Both the position numbers and the translations under genes were made by a program. A DNA stretch of 64,000 nucleotides from the NCBI GenBank assembly GCA_000165425.1, contig CT868022.1, forward strand, positions 62,001 to 126,000, given 5' to 3'. The number at the start of each line of letters is the position of its first letter. Within the stretch, counting starts at the first letter, position 1. Of this stretch, positions 51,873-64,000 are shown in pieces. The DNA comes from Paramecium tetraurelia (taxonomy: Eukaryota). The notes under the pieces are model-generated. The model ran no database searches. It saw nothing but the letters and a program-made list of their open reading frames with translations, and was not told where the DNA came from.

Positions 51873-54800
51873 ATGAAAAAAAAGGAGAGTCCGCTCTTTG
51901 GCATAGATAATCCTCTCTATAGTTAGAATATCTCGTCTCCTCGATCTTAGGAACTACTACCAATTTACTCTAATGAAAATGAGCATGAGCAGCCAATGGA
52001 TGAAGCATTGAAAGAAAAGAGAAACATTTTCGAAAGAAATAATTTTAGGGCATTGAAAGACGGGCAAAAATAAGAAAGTTCTGAGGAAGATCTTTATTTG
52101 AGTAGCGTCAGGTAAATTATTAATCGGATCATTTAAGTGATAACAGATTTGATTAAGAATCTGTAAAATCAAGAACAAATTCCTTAATTCGCCACTAGAG
52201 AAGTGTTAGTATTTAGAAAAATCAAAAGGGAATTTTCAGCCCTTTGTAAAAAGTGAATACTGGATTAATAATTGATTCAACATACAATTTATAAGTTTAA
52301 GGAGTAAAATCAAGTTCCAAAATTGATAAATACTAGAGTTTTGTACAATAATTTGAATTGGAAGAAGACAAAATGAGAAAGAATAAGGAATTAATCTAGC
52401 AAAAGAGTAATCAAACTAACGAGCTTTCATCCAAAAAGGAATAGCGGAATAAATAAAGGGAAAATTGGGTAAAAATTATAGTGATTTACAGATTTAATGA
52501 ATGTATGGGCAGCGAAGGGGTTTATAATAATACGATTAGTATCCAGATTTATCTAATAGCTTAAGACAAAAACCGAAACCATAAAGTTTAGACTGCTAAC
52601 AAGGAAAATATTTTCCGTCATTGGAGATGTGTCTAGTAATTTTGAATTTATCTTAATTTCTCGTTAAATTAAGTAATAGCCTAGTTTAGTATTAAAAATC
52701 TAATTTGTTAGTTTTTAATTTTGAAATATAATTTTCAGAAAAGAGCGACGAGACTACTACATTGTTTGGAAAATTGTTAAGATTTCTTAAGCAGGAATAT
52801 CATTGTAATAAGACCAGATAGCAAATTCAAAATAATTTGGGATATTTTGTTATTGCTTTTCATTGTGATGAACATATTTTACATCCCCATAAACATCAGT
52901 TTCAATATTTCAACCTCAGGTGTGTTTGAATACTTATTTGATTTGCTGCCATCATGGATTTTTGTTGCTGAAATCATTATTAATTTTAATACTGCTTATT
53001 ATGATAAGGGATTAATGCATGAAGATAGAAAGTCAATAGTGAAACATTATTTAAAAGACAATTTCTTTTGGGATTTAATTGTAGTAATACCATTTTTAAT
53101 GTCTAATTTGGATATACCATTCGTTAGATATACCTTATTACTTAGATTGACGAGGTTGGCACCATTAATGGAAAGCATTGAAGAAATGTTGAATTTGGAG
53201 GTATGAATAAATAAATATGATGAGGAAAATATACAAATTGTTGTTGATCTTTTAAAACTTATCTTTTTTCTTGTTTTGACAGGTCACTTCTGTGGATGTG
53301 CATGGCATTTTGTTGCCTTAACAGAATATGAATCATTTGGTATTACAGATAATTGGCTAACTCATTATGACCGATAGGCCTTTGATTATCATTGGTTTGA
53401 CAGATATATCATATCTCTTTATTGGAGTGTAATCACAACAGTTACAGTTGGCTATGGAGATATAGTACCTGTCACAACGTTTGAAAGGATATTTGTAATC
53501 ATTGTAACGCTATTGCTTTGTGGAGTGTTCGGTTATTCAATTTCAAATATTGGCAACATTTTTAAATAGATGTCCGATAAGAAGACTATCTACAAATTTA
53601 AACTACGCCAAATTCATTCGCATATTAGAAAAAGAGGTCTCAATTTAAATCTATCATTAAAGGTAAGAGCTTCTTTAATGTCCTAGGTGAAGAAGTATTT
53701 TGAGTACTTTTTCCAACTGGAACAAGAAGAAGACAGCCACGCAGAAATATTCATCAGTCAATTAACCAAACATTTAAGAGAGGAAGTGTTGACTGATTTA
53801 TATTGCAATACGCTTAAGAAGTCAAGATTCCTTAGAGAAAACTTTAAAGAAATAACCATCAATAATTTATGTCAATATGTTAAGGAGAAGAAAGTGTTGC
53901 CTGAAGAGGTTTTGTATTCTCGATTCGATCAACCTAGGAAAGTTTGGTTTATACTTTCAGGAGCCTTGGAATTTGTAGCAGATCACAAGAGTAATTTAAA
54001 TATATGAATTTTACTAGATGAAAATGATTATTATGAAGCCACTGAAACTTTTCTCAAGAAGGTCAGTTCTGGGTAATGCATATGTATCTAATTTTAGAGC
54101 AGTATTAGGAGAGAGAGAGTTCATCACACAGCAGCCATATGAATACAAAGTAAGGGCTTTAAAATTCACATAAATGGCATATATTGAGTACTTATTTATT
54201 TGAAGTTTTCAATAGTTATGAGGATTTCATTAATGTAATTAGCGAGAATGATACAGAATATGAAATATTTTGTATGAAGAGAGATAGATTGTTGTTTAAT
54301 CCTTAATTTAAAGGATCTGGAAATGTATGCGAAATTTGTGAATGGACTCATAACTTCATTTAGTAATTATCTAAAATTAATTGGATTAGATGCCCATTTG
54401 TATTCTTGTAACCTAACTTCAATAAAATATCCAGTCGTTTCACTTCAGTTAGATTAAATAATAGAATCAAATTTCCATATCGTAATACAACGAAATCAAG
54501 AACGAAAGAGTGTTTGAATAGTATATAAGAAGGAGCACTAAAAATAATCGTTGGCAATTTATCTGAAGAGTAAATCAATTAAGTTATAATAGAGAATATA
54601 CGGACGAATATTTAATATCTTTAGGATTTTAATTGACTTAGAATATGGAAATTGATTCTTAAAATGATGATGAATCATCCAAAAATTTAAATGATTCTCA
54701 ATCACCCACAATTACCGAAAAGCAAAGGTTATTTTAGAAGAAATGTGCAAAAACAATGTCTGGAGTTGCTACTATGGATTTTAAAGATGTTAAAGAAACA

Positions 54801-55715
54801 CATGATTTGAAAAAAAGTATCATAAATTTCCAAAGGATTCAATTTGGAAAGGAAAAATAAAAAGGATTCTAAGTTCATAAGAAGGAATAAAATGAAAATG
54901 GAATAGAAGTATTAGAGCAATCATAGTTACTTGTTCTTCCAAATGCAACTAATGCTAGATACTTTTCAAAGTAATTTTAAGGTACTCCTCGTCGTTCATC
55001 AAATTTTGATGAGTTTGGTAGTCTTCAATTATCTCAAAAGTCAGGGAATTTTACAAGTCTATTAGAATAAGAATAGAACAAATTACTCATAAAACAAATC
55101 AGCAAAAATAGTGAATCAAGTGAAATGCAAGAATCTTTGATACGGAAATAGATTGAAAACCAAGAAAGGAGATTATAAGGTGGAGGGGAGTAGAGAAGGA
55201 AGAAAAGGAAAACAACGATTCAATTGGGATAGAAGCCTTAACGTAAGTCTTATTAACATTAATAATCAAATTTAAGTCCAGTTCTCTAATAATAATTTTA
55301 GAAGTAATAGCTGCCGGCAGTTTTGGATCAGAAATTAAAAAGATAAAGTATTGGAGAATCTAGGAAATAAATGTAAACAAATTAGATCACGAGTGTTGGT
55401 CAAATTGAAATGGATGGTGAATATGGTGAAAATATATAAGACGATTCATTGTAACAGAAGATTTTAGATATAGTTCATTCTAATGAAAATTATCAGGTGG
55501 ATTGTTGTAAACCTGCACTTATGTATTTCCCTGAGTTTAACATAGAGGTAATTCTAAAGAAAATCGAATACTACTATTTATTTGTGAAAGGAGTAGAAAA
55601 GAAAATGTACAAAAGAAGCAAATCTAGTAGAAACTTATTTGAAAGAATCAAACCCTCAAAAAATGCTACTATTAAAAGCTATTAGAACAACTCTAGATCG
55701 TAAGGAGAAGTATGA
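51873..55715 (+). CDS. Six-TM K+ channel with cyclic-nucleotide-binding(-homology) domain (eag/KCNH-HCN-like ciliate family)
   Basis: IRPDSKFKIIWDI, INFNTAYY..G, HFCGCAW, pore YWSVITTVTVGYGDIVP, C-linker KVKKYFEY/LTKHLREEV and CNBD (WFILSG, LGEREF); long low-complexity N- and C-termini; many tiny introns. Confidence 0.93.
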
Positions 55716-55788
55716 AAATTAACTTGATCTCAATTCAATTTAGTTTAATTCAATTCAAATTTATACTTTAGTATTAATAATAATAAAT

Positions 55789-58700
55789 TCATTTCATCTT
55801 TTAAATTCTGTGCGAATGATAAATCTTCTAAACATCGCCCTCTTCAATTCCAGAACTACTAGTTTTATACAATGCAGGCTTAGGCTAATAATAGAAAGAT
55901 ATCAAATACATTAATATAATCTCCTGCCAAATAATCATTTACCTAACCTTATAATTGAACTCTCTTATTTCTCCCTAACCCTCTTTTTTAATATATAGGA
56001 GGATTGTCATTCAATTATATTTTAGATTCCTAACTATCGATGCTTTTCTGTGTTACTGAATGTTTGATTGGTTCAGTATCCCTAACTGTACGTTGTGAAA
56101 AATGTTGTTATTAAGTGATGATGTTGCCAATTATTTAACGAGCGTAAGACTTCCACAATTTGAAAGTAATTAATGTTATCAATAGAATATGCAAAATGTT
56201 GCCATTTCCATCTAATCTAAGTTATGGTCCAATGTTAGTCCTTCTCTGTCTTAATCCGCCTCTTCTATAATAGGCTAATCTAAATTGAACTGTCTTATGA
56301 AATTAATTCATCTTTCTTGCAGCCATTACAGAGCATTACTCAAAGATTTGTTGCTCATATCTATGATAGAAAATCTCATATAATAATTGATTGTAGGATA
56401 TGTTATCTTGCATATCGCAAAACAGATTGAATTGTAAACTTAGTTTAGCAGCATCCCACAAATTATCATAGGGTTTACATCCTAGAGGTTCTTTAATTTC
56501 AATCAATAAATGAGGCAAATATCTAATACTCAACACCTGCCCATTTTAACTAGAAAACTTGAACCATGCCTTTCTAAAAGAATCAATATTTTCTACGTAT
56601 GTTTAAAGGACGGAGTCTTAATTGTTGAAAAAGAATTCAAATTGCTCAATCATGGCCAAAATAAATAAATTCAAAAATGTGTAATTAGATATCAGCATAA
56701 AAGAGATAAAATAGATTTGGGCATAGGGTGAACCACAATATTTAGGGTCTTCTGAACAATAGGGGTTGTGATGCATACAATCATTCATTATGGAACGAAA
56801 GTCATCACCACTAACACATTTGAAGAGGGTCAACATGGCTGACCAAAAGTTTGAAAAGTTAATCAAATCATTAATTACCTCTCCCTTGTCTATGTTTCCA
56901 TATAACATAATTCCATAAAATGCATATACAATCATTATTAAGAGAAGTATGAAAAGAATCTTCAACATAAATGGAAATGCAAAGTACATAACTCTTACCA
57001 ATCTTTAGAGATTCTACATTTTTTGAAATATGATGATAACTCTTAAATTTCTAAGAGTGTACAAAACTCTTAACAATTAATAGTGCTATGTTAATTGAGT
57101 TGAATTGCTATATACGTGAAACCAATTGTATTCGTAGTCAAGAATCAAGTCTACAACCCCCAAAACAATTACAAAGGAAGTATACAGTCTCCATAAATTA
57201 TCTTTGAATCTATTGATCCCCAAAATCAAACATTGAAGCAGCAATTAGCCAGCAAAAACCGAAGAACAAATGTGATGAATTGTATTTATTTAATCATTAA
57301 AATCATGCTCACCTGTATGATGAATCATCATTATAGCAATGCAATTCACTAGCAGAACACAAAATATGAATGCATCAAAATATTTGTTCATGACGAGAAT
57401 ATTTAATAACCTTCTAAATTAAGATTTAGGAATTTAAGCTCTGATAGGATGATCGCGTAGAATGATTTCTGACACCTATATATAATCCAATTGAGCCTAA
57501 GTTAATTATTGGTTTTCAATTTGCTTAGAATTAGCTTTTAAATTGATAAATAATACACCCGTAAATAACTGTAAGAAAAACATGGCTCCAATTGTACAAA
57601 ATGCAAAATAAAAAAGATATGCTGGAATTTAGCTGAAATACAGTTGCGGACCATCTGAAGCCATTCTGCTATTCTAAGACACCCATAAAATTGAACTCCA
57701 TCCATCAAAAGTTGAAATAATGAACAAAGTAGGCATTGCAGTAGTAATATTATCAAAATTATGTTTATAAACTCTCCATTCTTTTCCTAATCTTGTACAC
57801 TCACCCTAACCAACATCATAATTGGTTTATTCCTCACAAAATCCCATTTTATCTGAAAACAGCATCATCGAAAATACAGCGAACATCAACCATACAAGAA
57901 GTAATACTACGAATACGTTGATGATATCAAATAATGATTAAGTTATAGCAGCCCTTACTCTGACCACCCATTTTATCCTATAAAGTAATTTCAAAGGTCT
58001 AAAAAATAGAAAAGTCTCTATCACCATAAAAATAGGAAGATGAACAATCTAGAATATTTCAATATAATAAACCAATATGTACACCAAATCAACCACCTTC
58101 CAAGTATACTATTAGATAAAAATTTATAAATACGTTGAGGTATGATCCATTATCCATGAATGCTCCAAAAGCGATTGATTTGATTACAAATTCAATAAAA
58201 ATTACTGAATTCAAAATAAATAATGCAGTAACAAACTATGGTTGTTGCTAAATATCTTATGGGAGTGTTAAATAAATAGTAGTGAGGAATAATGTTAAAT
58301 CAATAAAATATTTTGTATAGTTGCTCAAACTAATTCTATAGAAGAACTATCTCAAAGAATTTGATTTACTAAAATAATAGAAGGATTAAACGCAATCAAC
58401 TCCTTAGTACATCTTTAAATTATGTTTAAACATTTTTTTGGAGATTTGTTCAACCTTCTCTTTTAGATATTTTATAGTTTTTGATTCTGAACTTTTCAAT
58501 CTATGCATATTAGTTTTGCTCTTTAACCTACTGAAATCCTCTTTGATTTTCTTTCTCTCTTCATCATTTGGGTCGAATCTTTTAGTTATAGCTGAATGAA
58601 ATAGTTACTAATCAAAATAGTTATCTCTTTTGATTTATACTAAAATATTGTTTGCAGATGCTTGAACATTGTCGTTGGATTCGCTTTCCTATAATCTCTT

Positions 58701-61700
58701 ATTGAGAAATTGTGGTTAATATTAATATTATTTAACAGATGAAGAAGAGGAGTTTGAATCAGATTCGGATTCTGAATCATTTTCCGAAAGTTCTGAATCT
58801 AATTTTTTGTTTAATTTATTTTTTTATTTGATCTTTTCTATCATAAATTCATTCTGTTCGTTTGTAGATTCTCTTTCTAAGTATTGACTAAATCCATCCA
58901 ATAATATTGCCATCATGATGCCAAATATAAAATAGTTAAGTGTAAACACTAATGCTATAGAGTAAGTGATCGATAATTCTGTCTGCACTTCTGTCCCAAC
59001 TTTATAAACTCCAAACCAATCATCATTTGTCATTATATTAAATACAGTCATAAATGCTATTATTGGATCATCGAATGAATGCATGTAACCATTTTCATGG
59101 TACTTATCCAATTTGTTACCATACAACTCCATTCCAATCAAACCAAATGTCAAAATCATAAAGAACATCAAAAATGCCAAGTAAATATAGGATTTGTAAG
59201 TAATTTATGCAATTGCCCCAATTATTCTAGCCATCTAGATATAAGCTATGCATCTATAGAATAATAGACACTTTGTAGATCTCATCAATTTTAAGTATTA
59301 TTCGCTTAGATTCAAGTAGTCACTAAACCCAAATTCAATCACACCTAAAATAACAACAAGTAGTTCTATTACAAAATATTTATTTTTGGCTATTCTTCCT
59401 AATATCACTATAATAAATTACTTGGTTTATGCACTATCAACTAAAATATAATTTCAATAGATAATAATATAGTGGCAATATCTTCTACTTGACTAATTAT
59501 CTTTCTCTTGATTATACCCTATGAAGCCAAAAAAAATGTATTAATAAGAATTGTTAAATCAAAAAATAATTTAGTTAGTTTGAAATGCATTATTTTAAAT
59601 GAGTATTTCTGTAAAGTTATAAAAATTCCACTTAAGGATATCTACCAAATTTGAATGTTTCTTTCATTTAATTGTTGAAAAATATCATCAAATTTTTTAA
59701 TTACAATTTAATTGTTTTTCAAAACATTGTTGCCAGACCAAATTTTCGATTTTATGTATTTTTTCTTAATCTCTTTTCTCACTAGCTTTTTGTATTCCTC
59801 TTAACACCTGGGTTCCTTTTGCTGTTTAAAATTAAAATTTGCATTGATTCTTTTCACTGCCTCAACATAATCTAAATATGTTCCATTTATTAGCACTTTT
59901 AACTAACCCTAATCATTTATTGTAAATGGTTAGCCTAGAGAATATTCAGGAATAACTGAGTATCCTCTCATGAAATAAGGAAACATTCTTCGTTATTTTT
60001 CAACATCTTCTTTTATATGAATTTCTCTATTGTTTTAAGAACAGGAATCTGAACTTTATTTTTTGCCATGTATCTCCGATTTGTTTTCATTCTCCTTTTT
60101 CATTCTATTTGAAGTCTTCATTGGCAATTAAGCTAGAGATTTCTAGACATTTGAAGGAGAAGTCTCTATCTCTTCTAATTTACTAGATTTTCTATATTGA
60201 CTTTAAACTAGCTATTTTTTCTTTTAAATCGGTTTGTAGTATAAGGTCTTCTTTTTCAATCTTTTAGAATTTTAAAATGGTGTTTTTCTTAAAACTTGAA
60301 AAAGAGATTTCCTTAAAACATCCAAATGGCTTGTCTATACATAATTGTATTTATAATCTATATATTTTTCCAGTAAAAATGAGGATCTACTAAATTTCTT
60401 AATTGTTTCTTAAATTTTAGGATTTGAACTAAATATCTTAATATCCAAGTTCAGAAAATATTTCTATATAATTTAAAATTTGGGTAGAAGTAGCAATTTC
60501 AAAGAAAAGTTCTTAATTTAATTCTTTATTTGTGTAAAATTACTTATGTCTATTCTATTCTCATTGATCATACTTCCTAATAAAGGTCGAAGCTGCCCAC
60601 CACTATATTGTTGTACTCCATTAATCAGAGGTTCATTTATCAAGATATCATTTGAGTTTGAAAATAGGAAAGTATTCATTTATTTTATGAAATCATACAG
60701 TCCTATTCTCTTCAAATTCGATTAGCTAATAAACTTCTCCTTTTTATCTGGTTTTACTATCTATCTAAATTACATTTCACTAAAATGAATCTTGAATACT
60801 GCAATGGGAAGATTAAATCCGAAAAAGCCTCCAACAAATATTATTAGCACATAATAAATCCAAACAATAGGATGGAATGCTCTAATTGTATATTGCATAA
60901 CCCAACTCCAATCATCCATTGTTACAGTTTTCAAAATAAGAACAAATGAATAGATAATGTTATTAAAGTTTGTTGGAATATTATAGGAATGATTTGTTGC
61001 TTGACAAGTAGTTCCATCTGGACAATGACCTTGTCTACATTATATCCAGTCTGATTCATCTGATGGTAAGCATCTTTCATTAAACAAACCCATAAACAAT
61101 GATGTTCCTAAAGATGCAAAAAATAGAACAAATAATATAACAATTGCCGTTGATTCTAACATAAATTTTAATGATTCTATTAATGCGTCTATCATTTTTT
61201 ATAATCCTTGGTATACTAAATGTAATTTACCTGCAAAAATGAATCCTAGATGTTTCAGCAATCTTGTCATTCTTAACGGAGTGATATCTAATACAGCTGA
61301 AAAATACATCAGATGATAGTAATATAGAATGATTAAAGATGCATCAATTACTCTTGAAATAAAGATGAATTTCGTACGAAACAGTCCAAAAGCTAAAAGT
61401 TATAATACTATATCAACTACGTAAAACCAGAAAAACGCTATATTCTAATTTATAATAATTACTAATATCAAATTCTGCAAATCGATTATCTTTATCGTAC
61501 ATATGCTCAAATACAAAAATTACAATGTTACTCAATGTTACTAAAGTCAAGATATATTAATATAATCTTGATCTCACTATGATTTTAGAGATCCTCCTAG
61601 TAACTAAATATAAATATAGGAAGGTTTTTCTCAATTTTAACATTTTGTACCTATCCATATAAGAGCTCTCAATTATTTCTTATTATTACATAAATCAAAT

Positions 61701-62684
61701 GATATTTTTTAAAACTTTGGAGTTTTCTATATTTTATAAATTATGAGCCATCATTACAATTTATTCTTTAACAAATTTTCTCATATTATTTGGACAAGTT
61801 TTATAACTAATCAAAAGCCTATTAATGAATTATTATTTTATTACAGCAATAGAAGATTAGGATTGCGAATTAATTGACGAAGGACCGAATCCGTCGAGTG
61901 AAAGATGTAAATCAGAGACTCTGGGGCACAAATAGGTTGACTTATTTATATTATTGGTTTACACTAATTTCAGCCATTGGAGTTTACATGGAAAACTGTG
62001 GACTAAAACAAAAGTTTTCATTTTGCTATTAAACTATTTACAGATCCTATTTCTCCTTTTATTAAGCACTTGCATTTGATTAGTTATCATCATTTTAAGG
62101 GCTCGAAAATATTTCAGATAATTCTTAATTCTTGCTATTTTTTTAATATTAATTTCTCCTTTTAATAGTCGAGTCAAACTATTCTATCTCTTAATTCAGT
62201 AAGTAGTTATTAAGCGTACCCTTATCAACCATCTTGTCAAATAATTTTTACTAAATTTCCTCCCTAAAAATCATAGGTTACATTACTACTTTTAAGTATC
62301 CTTTTGGCTTTTAGTCTATCTAATTGTTTTCGAGAATACATCTTGTGTTTATTGGTTTAGATTCCTTCTCATTCTTGAAGAAGAATGTGATTTGATTGTT
62401 TTTACAGAATTCACACTTGAATCTGAACTTCCAGATTATATTGACTTTTGGATAGAAACATCACTATCTGATTCTGAGTCAGATATGCGTTTAAGATTGG
62501 CAGGAAATTGATTAGCTTATTTAAGCTCCTGTCTCTCTAATATATTACATCTTTTGATTTATTTGCTCGTCCTTAATTATTTTGGTCTCCTTTTTGGATT
62601 ATCCTCAGATTAAAACGATGTGGTGTTGTTGTTAACAACTATTGTTTTAGAGGGATACCTCTTTCTGGGATTTAGAGATTGCAT
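55789..62684 (-). CDS. Four-domain (4x6TM) Cav/Nav/NALCN-superfamily cation channel alpha subunit, paralog B
   Basis: ATG 62684 (MQSLNPRKRYPSK...). P-loops KTVTMDDW (~60914), IMTNDDW (~59022), ISTFDGW (~57703) and CVSGDDF (~56803). Shares MHxNPxCxEDPKYCGS and GGFFGFNL with paralog A. Stop ...RIQKMK* at 55789. Confidence 0.92.
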
Positions 62685-64000
62685 AAATTAAATAATATTT
62701 AAAAACTAATTCACTCAATAAAACTTGAGAAGATACTACTTTTTACTCACAACCTACAATCTCTGCAATAACAGAAATTTCGAAACTATCATTTATTCTG
62801 TAATACTATTGATTATAAATAGTTAGATACTCTATTTTAATTTAGGGTTGCAGGGTTTTAATAATATTAATCCGCATTTTGATTTAAAGCAAATAATATG
62901 AGTTTCAATTTATTAAATTACTTTCTAAATAAAAAATCTCCAATCTCTTTTTTTGTGACTTAATAATGATAATTTAATTTTCTTGACACAATAATCTTAT
63001 AATTCAATAATCCAAGATAGATATTTTAATTTATTATTAATTAAGGTTTTCTGTTGGAATTAATCAAGTTCTAATGTTGTAAGGTTTTTTTTGTCTCATT
63101 TGATCAACTAGTGTAATTTATTTAGTTATCGAATATATATTAACTAGACTTTAATAATGGAATTTATATCTAATAAATAAATTTAATACAGAATAAATAG
63201 TTTTAATAATAGTATTATTTGATTATTCACTTTTTTTGGTTCTCCTTTTGTAAATTTACAATAGACTAATAATTATTCAATAAATTTTTGTGTTAATGGA
63301 ATTTTTATGTTATTCTGATATTGAATTAAAGTAATAAGATAACGTATAAAAAATAGCAGAATTAAGTATTTATGTTTCAATGACTATAAAAACAGTAAGA
63401 TAATGAGAACTAATCATAGCGCAAACGAATATTTCTATAATTTACTGTGTATCCGCAGTGTTGTCAAAAATACTCTTTTTGAGGAGGGAGTTGTCCATTA
63501 AAAATATCTTAAAATTCTTTATAAATACTTTTTTTGTTTTTATCATTCATTGATTAATTTGTAAAAGGAGGCACGCATGATAATCATTTCCCAAGATTGG
63601 ATTTTTTGTATTACTATCGTATATGTTATAAATAAATTTAGATATTTTTGTTTTATCCAGTTTTTATCAATTAAGAGTGATATAAATCTAATTACTATCA
63701 AAAAAGTGATCAGGAATAAATCTATATTCTGATTCTTAATTTCTTATTTTGTTATTATGATTAGGTATACAATGAAATCATTAGAGAAATAAATTAAAGA
63801 AAATGAGAGAAACTCAAATTAACATTTCCCTATGAATTTTACACTTTAAAATGATTATTATTATTTTTGATTTTATCCATATTATACAAATATTCAGTTT
63901 TAAATAATTTGTTTCTTAATTAATTCAGACTTTACTATTCTACTTTGAAATTTAAACTGATAAAAGTCTGCAATTTAGCAATAATTTTTGATATATTTAC

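Noticed and set aside
62685..64000. Long AT-rich terminal tract (also 16033-17146, 45224-45900, 51150-51870) as possible IES, transposon or ncRNA
   Set aside because: No convincing ORF, terminal inverted repeats or structured RNA seen; TA-bounded IES ends cannot be told from background without a MAC/MIC comparison.
1..64000. Prokaryotic-type systems (CRISPR, operons, defence islands), tRNA/rRNA, selenoprotein UGA readthrough
   Set aside because: Sequence is eukaryotic and intron-containing; no repeat-spacer array, cloverleaf, rRNA-like tract or in-frame TGA within a conserved redox motif was seen.

Overview
AT-rich, gene-dense eukaryotic DNA from a ciliate macronuclear-type genome, most likely Paramecium. 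TAA/TAG encode Gln and only TGA is a stop (e.g. Rab WDTAG-TAA-EKY at 49717). Genes carry ~20-31 nt GT..AG introns and are separated by spacers as short as 4-60 nt. The supplied ORF track uses the standard code and ignores introns, so it is largely fragmentary or spurious. Re-reading by hand with translation table 6 gives about 24 protein-coding genes: a multi-TM protein cut by the window edge, a ~2,700-aa armadillo-repeat protein, a PH-like+pseudokinase, a RUN-like+Rubicon-homology zinc-finger protein, a K+-dependent vacuolar H+-pyrophosphatase, mitochondrial uL23, a MORN/IQ protein, a RING-like protein, an AGC kinase, EB1, two tandem arrestin-fold genes, a hormone-sensitive-lipase-family hydrolase, a CBM20-TPS-TPP fusion that looks catalytically dead, a Rab5/22-like GTPase, a CNBD K+ channel and several hypothetical proteins. 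The most striking element is a pair of paralogous four-domain Cav/Nav-superfamily channels (38920-45223 +, 55789-62684 -). Both have an all-aspartate D/D/D/D selectivity ring and charge-poor S4 segments. A few AT-rich tracts look like decayed genes. No tRNA, rRNA, transposon, CRISPR array or telomere was recognised. All gene models were spliced by eye, so exact starts and some introns are uncertain.
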